A stretch of 41,557 bases of DNA from a virus, in the IMG/VR virus record IMGVR_UViG_3300045988_063404; one strand, 5' to 3'. The number at the start of each line of letters is the position of its first letter. The first letter of the stretch is position 1. A model generated the notes under the pieces. The model was not told the DNA's origin. It saw only the letters and a list, made by a program, of their open reading frames with translations, and searched no databases. Below, piece by piece: positions 33,768-40,456 of the stretch. The position numbers and the translations under genes were made by a program.

Positions 33768-34529
33768 ATGCAGGAAGTAGCACATAAAATACACATAAAG
33801 AAAAATGGGGCACAATATGATGTGAATTTATATGACAATAAGTTTCCTTCCCCAGACACATTCTTTCCTGTAAAGGTAGGTGGGACTACTTACTATCTCC
33901 CTGCTACCGCTTATTTAAGTGGAGATGCCGCAGGTGGAAGTACTCCTTTACGAATTAAGAAGAGTGGAACAACTTATCAGATTATAAAGAAAGCAGAATG
34001 TAACATTAACATTCCTACTTATGATAAGCAACAGATTGTAGTAGATGTTACTAATAGTATCACTGGGAATAAAGCTACATATACAAATAATGTAATAGTT
34101 CCTTTTGGTTCCTATTTTTCTGCAAAAGTTCAGAGTACAAATAGTCAGTATAATGCAGGAAGCATGACTTCTGTTTCTAGTGGAACAATAACAGAGAAAA
34201 ATATTAACCTTACTGCTTCTCCTGCTACTATAGCTATTCCTACAGGTTCTCTATACATATCAGGGGATACTACGTTTACTGTACCCGCTGGTATTACCGT
34301 AATCAAAGTTGGTGATTATTCCCGAGCTAAGTATGTTAGGGTACTTCCTAACTCAACACATTACCTTAACTGGTCATATAGTGCAACAGAATCTGGTGGT
34401 GACTATTCTTTGTACTGTGACACACATGATTCTAAGAACTGGCTAGGCCTTGCATGGGATAATGTAAAGGTAACACTCTATTGGTCTCCTGAAATAAATA
34501 ATCATTCCACGAATTTTAATTGTTATTAA
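33768..34529 (+). CDS. Tail fibre-associated / candidate receptor-binding protein (253 aa)
   Basis: Called by position directly after a short gp17-like fibre that lacks the T7 C-terminal tip domain. Beta-rich, Ser/Thr/Asn-rich composition. No motif recognised. Confidence 0.4.
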   Translation: MQEVAHKIHIKKNGAQYDVNLYDNKFPSPDTFFPVKVGGTTYYLPATAYLSGDAAGGSTPLRIKKSGTTYQIIKKAECNINIPTYDKQQIVVDVTNSITGNKATYTNNVIVPFGSYFSAKVQSTNSQYNAGSMTSVSSGTITEKNINLTASPATIAIPTGSLYISGDTTFTVPAGITVIKVGDYSRAKYVRVLPNSTHYLNWSYSATESGGDYSLYCDTHDSKNWLGLAWDNVKVTLYWSPEINNHSTNFNCY

Positions 34530-34551
34530 CAGCAGAAAGGGGAGACACAAC

Positions 34552-34806
34552 ATAGAACTAACAATTTTCATTGCAGGGCTTATTGCTACTGCTACAGCGT
34601 GGATTATCAAAGAGTTTATATTTAGACCCTTGCAGGAACAATTATATAGGTCAGAAAAGGGAGTTAAAGAGCTATCCTCTAACATAAAAGAACTGACAGA
34701 ATGTATAACAGAAATGAAAGTCTCCATAACCAGAGTTTCTATGGAGCTTGAAGAGGTAAAGCGACGTGTGGACAAAATTGAAGACACACCTCGTAAATCT
34801 GCCTAA
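34552..34806 (+). CDS. Type II membrane protein with coiled-coil C-terminus (i-spanin-like or holin-associated); non-canonical ATA start
   Basis: The open frame 34498-34806 encodes ELTIFIAGLIATATAWIIKEFIF followed by a heptad-like EKGVKELSSNIKELTECITEMKVSITRVSMELEEVKRRVDKIED. It has no ATG, GTG or TTG before TTG 34630. ATA 34552 sits 7 nt after AAAGGGGAG. Confidence 0.4.
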   Translation: MELTIFIAGLIATATAWIIKEFIFRPLQEQLYRSEKGVKELSSNIKELTECITEMKVSITRVSMELEEVKRRVDKIEDTPRKSA

Positions 34807-34837
34807 ACGATTCTTAGGGAAGCCCTCTAAACGTATT

Positions 34838-35131
34838 ATGCGATGGATACTATGGTACATATTGATTATCATAGTATCCACGCTTTTTTATTTGGTTGGT
34901 TGGTGCATGGAGTGGTGGTTGACAGGAAAGCCAGACTTACAGGAACTTAGAGCCTTCCTTCATGAAATTGTGTCTTCTCCATGGATAGCTATGTTGGGAT
35001 TCATAGGGCAGCTGTTCGTTGATAAGAACAACAATAAAATACCAGACATATTGGAGAAAGACACCCATCCCCCTACACCTAGACCACCAACTATAGAAAG
35101 GAGAAACAATAACAATAATGACACCAGATGA
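34838..35131 (+). CDS. Holin candidate (97 aa, two transmembrane segments)
   Basis: MRWILWYILIIIVSTLFYLVGW and SSPWIAMLGFIGQLFV are hydrophobic spans and the C-terminus is charged. It lies immediately upstream of the endolysin and overlaps it. Confidence 0.55.
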   Translation: MRWILWYILIIIVSTLFYLVGWCMEWWLTGKPDLQELRAFLHEIVSSPWIAMLGFIGQLFVDKNNNKIPDILEKDTHPPTPRPPTIERRNNNNNDTR

Positions 35132-35591
35132 TTTCATATCTATGATTGGAGACACAGCAGGTAAGGTATGTGCTGAATATAACCTTCCTGCTTCTGTCTG
35201 TATTGCTCAAGCTATTCTTGAGAGTGGTTGGGGTAAGTATTGCATTGGGCAGTACAACTACTTTGGACGCAAATGGAATGGTTGGGGTAACTATGAAAAG
35301 CAGCAGACCACAGAATATGAGAATGGTGAATATGTCACTATCTATGACAAATTTCAGTCTTATAGTTCCCTTGAAGAGGCTATTAGAGATTGGTGCATCC
35401 TCATTACTGAGGACTATAAATATTCTGATGTAATTGTATCATGGCATGAAAACTGGTCTGTAAAGGACTTCGTGTACACTCTTGCTCCTATTTATGCAAC
35501 AGACCCAGATTATGCTTACAAGATTATGGCTACTATTAACGCTAACAATCTTACTAGATTTGATGGATGGGGAGATGAAACTGATGCCTAA
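35118..35591 (+). CDS. Endolysin, N-acetylglucosaminidase family (FlgJ/LytD-type glucosaminidase domain)
   Basis: CIAQAILESGWGKY...YNYFG...YSSLEEAIRDW is the characteristic glucosaminidase-domain signature. Confidence 0.8.
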   Translation: MTPDDFISMIGDTAGKVCAEYNLPASVCIAQAILESGWGKYCIGQYNYFGRKWNGWGNYEKQQTTEYENGEYVTIYDKFQSYSSLEEAIRDWCILITEDYKYSDVIVSWHENWSVKDFVYTLAPIYATDPDYAYKIMATINANNLTRFDGWGDETDA

Positions 35592-35844
35592 GATTAACAG
35601 TAATATTATTGACCAGATTGCACAGCTAGAGGTAGATGCTCTTCTGGATGGTCTTAGTGACCCAGAACTAAGACGTAACCCGGCATTTCTTGATAAAGTA
35701 CGAAGGTTTCTAAAAGAGAACCAACTTCAGACCACTCCTGAGACACCTGGTGTTGCTGAGCTTCTAAAAAAGCAGCAAACAACTAATATTCCAATCTTTA
35801 AGGAGGAGGTAGGTAGCTTTGATGTGGACAGAAGAGCAAATTGA
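35584..35844 (+). CDS. Terminase small subunit (T7 gp18-like)
   Basis: 86 aa. LLDGLSDPELRRNPAFLDKVRRFL resembles T7 gp18 MLADLSDHERRSPQLYNAINKLL. It lies directly before the large terminase. Confidence 0.7.
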   Translation: MPKINSNIIDQIAQLEVDALLDGLSDPELRRNPAFLDKVRRFLKENQLQTTPETPGVAELLKKQQTTNIPIFKEEVGSFDVDRRAN

Positions 35845-37543
35845 AGCTGCCCATAATGACTTTCGTGTGTTCGTGTTTATGGTCTGGAAATCTATTGGTC
35901 TTCCAGACCCAACACCTATACAGTATGATATTGCAAAGTACCTTATGGATACACCAACTGACCGAAGCATCATTGAAGGGTTTCGAGGTGTCGCTAAGTC
36001 ATTTCTGACTTGTGCGTACACCGTATGGATGCTTTGGAAAGATCCACAACTAAAGGTATTGGTTGTGTCTGCATCTAAAGATAGAGCAGATGCAAACGCT
36101 GTCTTTATTAAACGTATTATTTACCTACTGCCTTTCTTAGAGTCTTTACAGACACAAAGGGGGCAGAGAGACACTCAGAACCTCTTTGATGTGGGTCTTG
36201 CAGTGCCAGATATTTCTCCTTCGGTTAAGTCCGTAGGTATCACAGGTCAGATCACAGGTTCTCGTGCAGACTTGCTAATTGCAGATGACGTAGAAGTTCC
36301 AAATAACTCTGGTACTCAGGTGCAGCGTGATAAGCTAGGTGAAGCTGTAAAGGAATTTGATGCAGTCTTAAAACCGGGGGGTAAGATCATCTATTTGGGG
36401 ACTCCTCAGAATGAGATGAGTCTGTACAATGAGCTTACTAAGAGAGGCTATAGCAGACGTATCTGGACTGTCCTATATCCTTCATCTATAGCTGAGAGAG
36501 AGTCTTATGGTAATGATTTAGCTCCATTCCTTGCTGAACCATATGATACAGATCCAGATAAGTTTGCAAATAAAATGATTCCTACAGACCCCAATAGATT
36601 CAATATAGATGAAATTGAGAAGCGAAAGCTGTCTTATGGTAAAGCAGGTTTCTCTCTTCAGTTCATGCTCAATACGAATCTTTCGGATGCCGAAAAGTAT
36701 CCATTAAAAGTCAAAGATTTTATTGTAGCAGACCTTGATCTGAAACAGACCAGTCTTAAATGGGCATGGTGTTCAGACGGCTCTAAACGGCTCTTAGACG
36801 TTCCCTCGGTGGCTCTAAAGGGAGATTACTTCTATAGTCCTTTGAGTCGCTCTGAGGAGGTTTCAGAGTATTCTGGAACAGTTATGGCAATAGACCCGAG
36901 TGGCAGGGGGAAAGATGAAACTGCCTATGCTATTATTAAGTTCCTCAATGGCTACCTCTTTATCATGGATATTGGAGGCTATCATGAAGGATACTCAGAA
37001 GGAACATTAACGACACTTGCTAACAAGGCTAAGTTCTATGAAGTCAATGAAGTGGTTATTGAATCTAACTTTGGTGACGGTATGTTCTCTCAGCTATTAA
37101 AACCTGTTCTAAATAGGATTCATCCTTGTTCTGTTCAGGAGATCAACAATAGACAACAGAAAGAGAAACGTATTATTGATAACCTTGAACCTCTCCTTAT
37201 GAGTCATAAAATCATCCTAAATCAGAGCGTTATCATGGATGATTATAGGGTCTATGAAAAACAGCCAGCCTATTCCTTTGTCTATCAAATGACCAGACTA
37301 TGTGATGAAAGAGGTGCTTTGGCTCATGATGATCGTTTGGATGCCGTAGCTATGGCTGTATCATATTGGCATGATGTTCTTGATCGTGACGCAAATGTTG
37401 GCATGGAAGATCATCTTGAAGAGGAATTAGAGATGTGGCAAGACCCAGATGGAGGGGCTTTGAACTGGGGCAAACCAGAGGCATTTAATGATAAGCTAAC
37501 TCTTGGTAAAATGCACGTTAAGAACTTAGATCCATTCCGCTAA
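35822..37543 (+). CDS. Terminase large subunit (T7 gp19-like)
   Basis: FRGVAKSFLTCAYTVWMLWKDPQLKVLVVSASKDRADANAVFIKRII and SVKSVGITGQITGSRADLLIADDVEVPNNS closely match T7 gp19. Confidence 0.95.
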   Translation: MWTEEQIEAAHNDFRVFVFMVWKSIGLPDPTPIQYDIAKYLMDTPTDRSIIEGFRGVAKSFLTCAYTVWMLWKDPQLKVLVVSASKDRADANAVFIKRIIYLLPFLESLQTQRGQRDTQNLFDVGLAVPDISPSVKSVGITGQITGSRADLLIADDVEVPNNSGTQVQRDKLGEAVKEFDAVLKPGGKIIYLGTPQNEMSLYNELTKRGYSRRIWTVLYPSSIAERESYGNDLAPFLAEPYDTDPDKFANKMIPTDPNRFNIDEIEKRKLSYGKAGFSLQFMLNTNLSDAEKYPLKVKDFIVADLDLKQTSLKWAWCSDGSKRLLDVPSVALKGDYFYSPLSRSEEVSEYSGTVMAIDPSGRGKDETAYAIIKFLNGYLFIMDIGGYHEGYSEGTLTTLANKAKFYEVNEVVIESNFGDGMFSQLLKPVLNRIHPCSVQEINNRQQKEKRIIDNLEPLLMSHKIILNQSVIMDDYRVYEKQPAYSFVYQMTRLCDERGALAHDDRLDAVAMAVSYWHDVLDRDANVGMEDHLEEELEMWQDPDGGALNWGKPEAFNDKLTLGKMHVKNLDPFR

Positions 37544-37678
37544 AGGATATAGCACTAGAATTGCTTTAAACCGCCCTTAGAGACGTTCTGTTATGTTTTG
37601 AAGGTAGTTTTACCTGAGACTCACGTAAAAGCCCTAAGAAACGATTTTAGAGCATCCTATATGATATTTGCTTTATTA

Positions 37679-37721
37679 GATAACTAGTTAGCAGCTAACC
37701 ACTACTACTACTAACTAGTTA
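37679..37721. repeat. TAG-rich element, copy 3, with two copies of the palindrome TAACTAGTTA
   Basis: TAACTAGTTA occurs at 37681-37690 and 37712-37721, flanking GCAGCTAACCACTACTACTAC. Confidence 0.7.
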
Positions 37722-37773
37722 TTTTATCATTATGTATAAATATACATTATTATGCATACTTATACATTATTAG

Positions 37774-37810
37774 AGAAAGATTAATTTGTTAATCTAATTT
37801 TAATCTTTCT
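37774..37810. repeat. Perfect 11-bp inverted repeat AGAAAGATTAA / TTAATCTTTCT with a 15-nt loop
   Basis: 37774-37784 is the exact reverse complement of 37800-37810. It abuts the promoter-like element at 37810. Confidence 0.85.
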
Positions 37811-37833
37811 AATAGAGACACTCTTATACAAAA
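37810..37833 (+). promoter_or_regulatory. Phage-promoter-like variant (TAATAGAGACACTCTTATACAAA)
   Basis: One substitution in the TAATTGAGAC core and no G at the expected +1. It lies 28 nt upstream of the consensus promoter and shares a 16-mer with 541-556. Confidence 0.3.
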
Positions 37834-37837
37834 TACC

Positions 37838-37861
37838 TAATTGAGACTACTATTAGGGGAG
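37838..37861 (+). promoter_or_regulatory. Phage RNAP promoter, TAATTGAGACTACTATTAGGGGAG (predicted +1 G at 37856)
   Basis: Same core and spacing as the other copies. Its position after the terminase is analogous to T7 phiOR. Confidence 0.7.
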
Positions 37862-37943
37862 AGAAGAAGAAACTTATAGTATATATAATGATACTACACT
37901 CTGTTCTTCACATTATGAGTGCATAAAGTATATTTATAAATAT

Positions 37944-37975
37944 TAGTTAATAGCTAGTAGATAGTAAGTTACTAA
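37944..37975. repeat. TAG-rich element, copy 4 (TAGTTAATAGCTAGTAGATAGTAAGTTACTAA)
   Basis: The 16-mer TAGCTAGTAGATAGTA at 37951-37966 is identical to 4081-4096. Confidence 0.8.
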
Positions 37976-38165
37976 AATATCTATAAGACTCTTATAGCCT
38001 CCATAAGGATTCCTACAGTATGTTCTTACTCTTATGATTTATATAAGAGCCTATAAAAACTATTAAAGACTCTTTATTCTTCAGGTAAGATATCATAAAG
38101 AATTCATAAACAATTCTTAATATCTTCTTTAGGATACCTTACTGTCTTTATTGCTAACATTAACT

Positions 38166-38203
38166 CTAGCTACTAATTACTAACTAACTATTATCTATCT
38201 ATA
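38166..38203. repeat. TAG/CTA-rich element, copy 5 (CTAGCTACTAATTACTAACTAACTATTATCTATCTATA)
   Basis: The 15-mer CTATTATCTATCTAT at 38188-38202 is identical to 3933-3947. Confidence 0.75.
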
Positions 38204-38210
38204 TAAAGGA

Positions 38211-38813
38211 ATGGTGTTTATGATTACTTCTATGCGAGAAAAGCTTCTAGCTATAACTAACTATCTTAAATATATCATAGTAGCCATGGTTTCTTTCCTT
38301 CTTGGCTATGGCTGCTATGCTATTTTTAATATTCATACTACTGCTAAACCTGTACCGGATACCCTTAAAGAGAGCAAAGACTCTTCTAAGACTCCTACAG
38401 AGATTCATGAGGTGTCAAATGTGACTCTTAAAGAGAAGCAAAATACCTCAGACCCAGACTTGGTGGTAGATAACAGATACATTGCTGAAGTCAATGGTCA
38501 GACCTTTGAGATTCCTAAAGAGTCCGGTATAATATCAAATGACTCTAAAGGCTCCACAAAGGACAGCAAAGGACTTCAGACCAAAGTTACATCAGACATC
38601 AATATTACTCCAATAGTACGTAAAATGGCTGATTTGGAGTACAAAAGGAACTGGGAAGTATCTACAGGTATTGGTAGATCTCACGATGGACACTTCTATG
38701 TACCTATTGGTATCCAGAGAAACTACAACTATAATAAAGCTATTGAGGTGTCTGTTGGACTCAATAAAGACCATGTGGAGAACATTCAGGTACTCCATAA
38801 GTGGAAGTTTTAG
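38211..38813 (+). CDS. Hypothetical membrane-anchored protein (200 aa; gp19.5 position)
   Basis: N-terminal hydrophobic segment IIVAMVSFLLGYGCYAIF, then a Ser/Lys/Thr-rich linker and a beta-rich C-terminus ending KWKF. The start could be 38211, 38214 or 38220. Confidence 0.55.
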   Translation: MVFMITSMREKLLAITNYLKYIIVAMVSFLLGYGCYAIFNIHTTAKPVPDTLKESKDSSKTPTEIHEVSNVTLKEKQNTSDPDLVVDNRYIAEVNGQTFEIPKESGIISNDSKGSTKDSKGLQTKVTSDINITPIVRKMADLEYKRNWEVSTGIGRSHDGHFYVPIGIQRNYNYNKAIEVSVGLNKDHVENIQVLHKWKF

Positions 38814-39007
38814 ACCTATAGCTACTATCTATCTCTTGTGTCTATATAAGCGAAGCGTAGCCCCTGTGTCTTGCTAGTATAACTAGTCTTATAAAAATTA
38901 TGTAAAAATTGTGAAGTGTCTATTAATACATTGGCCATTTTTATTTTTCCCCCCTTCGGGTATCCTTAAAATTATTTTTAGTATACCATTATACCGGCAG
39001 GCAGGCA

Positions 39008-39262
39008 TTCCTTAACATATCTTTAGGTATTCCCTAACATATCTTTAGGTATTACCTAACATATCTATAAGGTTGCTGGTGGAACCTTAAAGATATCTTT
39101 AGGTAATACATAACATATCTAGCAGGTAGCACCTCAAGCAGCTGGCTGGTGGCAGCTAACAATGATGGCAGCTGGAAACTTAATGAATATTTAAAGATAA
39201 CCTTAGGTATATTTTTAGGTAATACCTAAATTATTTATTGGATAACACCTAAATTATAAATT
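39008..39262. repeat. Array of about 22-bp units, each containing the inverted pair CCTAAC...TTAGG (e.g. ACCTAACATATCTTTAGGTA)
   Basis: Three consecutive 22-bp units lie at 39010-39075. Further CCTTAAAGATATCTTTAGGTAA, CCTTAGGTAT, TTTAGGTAATACCTAAATT and ACACCTAAATT copies follow up to about 39262. Confidence 0.8.
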
Positions 39263-39278
39263 TGCTATCTGTTATTTT

Positions 39279-39472
39279 TAATTTTCTAATAATTTTCTAA
39301 TAAAGTACTCATAAATCACTCATAAATCACTCATAAATCACTAATAAAGCACTCATAAAGCACTCATAAAGCACTCATAAATCACTAATAAAGCACTCAT
39401 AAAGCACTCATAAAGCACTCATAAAGCACTAATAAAGCACTCATAAAGCACTCATAAAGTACTCATATCTAT
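39279..39472. repeat. 11-bp tandem repeat, about 17 units (CTCATAAAGCA / CTCATAAATCA / CTAATAAAGCA variants)
   Basis: Direct reading: the unit phase is maintained from 39297 to 39461, preceded by two TAATTTTCTAA units of the same period. Confidence 0.9.
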
Positions 39473-39562
39473 ATTATCTATTCATATCTATGACTCTTGA
39501 TAAAATCATAACATATAATCTATGAGTATCTTTATAAGTATTTTATACATATAATAGGTGTT

Positions 39563-39795
39563 CCAGGGAATATGCTAAATATTACATAAAGTAATACATT
39601 TGATAGTTAAGATTACATAAAGTCATACATAGTAGCGTACCTGGTGCGCATATCAGTGTAAATCCTACATAATCAATTCAATTTAATTTAAGAAAAAAAG
39701 ATTGACATAGAAAAAATGTAGTGATATAATGCACTTAACAAGCAATGTAGCTTGTGTTTATTATCATTATTTATTATGTAAAGGAGACTTACATT
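39563..39795 (+). repeat. Early promoter-leader cassette, copy A (paralogous to 40243-40456)
   Basis: Blocks shared with copy B: CCAGGGA..., ATATTACATAAAGTAATACAT, AAAGTCATACATAGTAGCGTACCTGGT, AAAAAAAGATTGAC, TATAATGCACTTAACAAGCAATGTAGCTTG, TATTATCATTATTTATTAT and GTAAAGGAGACTTACATTATG. Confidence 0.85.
39702..39730 (+). promoter_or_regulatory. Consensus sigma70 promoter, TTGACA-17 nt-TATAAT with TGn extended -10 and an upstream A-tract
   Basis: TTGACA at 39702-39707, TG at 39722-39723 and TATAAT at 39725-39730. Confidence 0.75.
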
Positions 39796-40176
39796 ATGAG
39801 AAAACAGTACACACTTGAGAGGTTATTAGACGACGCATTAGATACGTCTTCTACACAGTATCATGAGATTTTGAATGTATTCGACGGCGTAAAAGAAGAC
39901 CCACGTGCGGAACTAATTTGGTATTATGTAATACGTAAATATTTGGAAGACTACAATTATGCCGTTTCATTGGATATGGGCATGATTCCAGCGGATTTAA
40001 GCACACGCACAGCAAAGGAGACTATAAAGAATAAGGCATTAGCTATTATTAAGTCTTCTATTTGTACGACGAAAAATCACATTGAATACTATCGTTTCAG
40101 TGATTGCTCATATAACGATGATGAGTTAACTGACATACTTAATATTGAAAAAATTATTATTAAGATTTTTTGCTAA
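39796..40176 (+). CDS. Hypothetical early-type protein (126 aa)
   Basis: ATG 39796 lies 8 nt after AAAGGAG. It is bracketed by a consensus host promoter and an intrinsic terminator. No motif recognised. Confidence 0.65.
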   Translation: MRKQYTLERLLDDALDTSSTQYHEILNVFDGVKEDPRAELIWYYVIRKYLEDYNYAVSLDMGMIPADLSTRTAKETIKNKALAIIKSSICTTKNHIEYYRFSDCSYNDDELTDILNIEKIIIKIFC

Positions 40177-40192
40177 TAGTAACAGATAAAAA

Positions 40193-40223
40193 GGCAACTC
40201 ATTATGAGTTGTCTTTTTTTTTT
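40193..40223 (+). terminator. Rho-independent terminator
   Basis: 9-bp stem (40193-40201 / 40205-40213) with a 3-nt loop, followed by T10. Confidence 0.75.
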
Positions 40224-40242
40224 GCATTACACGAATGCACTA

Positions 40243-40456
40243 CCAGGGAGAATAGCTAATATTACATAAAGTAATACATGAGAACAGTTAAGAGTACAAA
40301 AAGTCATACATAGTAGCGTACCTGGTAGCAACAAATAAAAAGAAAAAAAAAGATTGACTTATAAAAAATAAGATGTTATAATGCACTTAACAAGCAATGT
40401 AGCTTGGGTCTATTATCATTATTTATTATATATTTATTGTAAAGGAGACTTACATT
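40243..40456 (+). repeat. Early promoter-leader cassette, copy B (paralogous to 39563-39795)
   Basis: See copy A: the same ordered blocks, including an identical 30-nt stretch from the -10 element into the leader. Confidence 0.85.
40354..40382 (+). promoter_or_regulatory. Sigma70 promoter, TTGACT-17 nt-TATAAT with TGn extended -10 and an upstream A-tract
   Basis: TTGACT at 40354-40359, TG at 40374-40375 and TATAAT at 40377-40382. Confidence 0.75.

Noticed and set aside
39796-40176. Ocr (gp0.3)-like DNA-mimic anti-restriction protein
   Set aside because: There is a faint local resemblance (SLDMGMIPAD versus Ocr EDSGLMPDT). However, the protein is only mildly acidic by my count and carries many Lys/Arg residues, unlike Ocr. 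I do not consider the homology supported.
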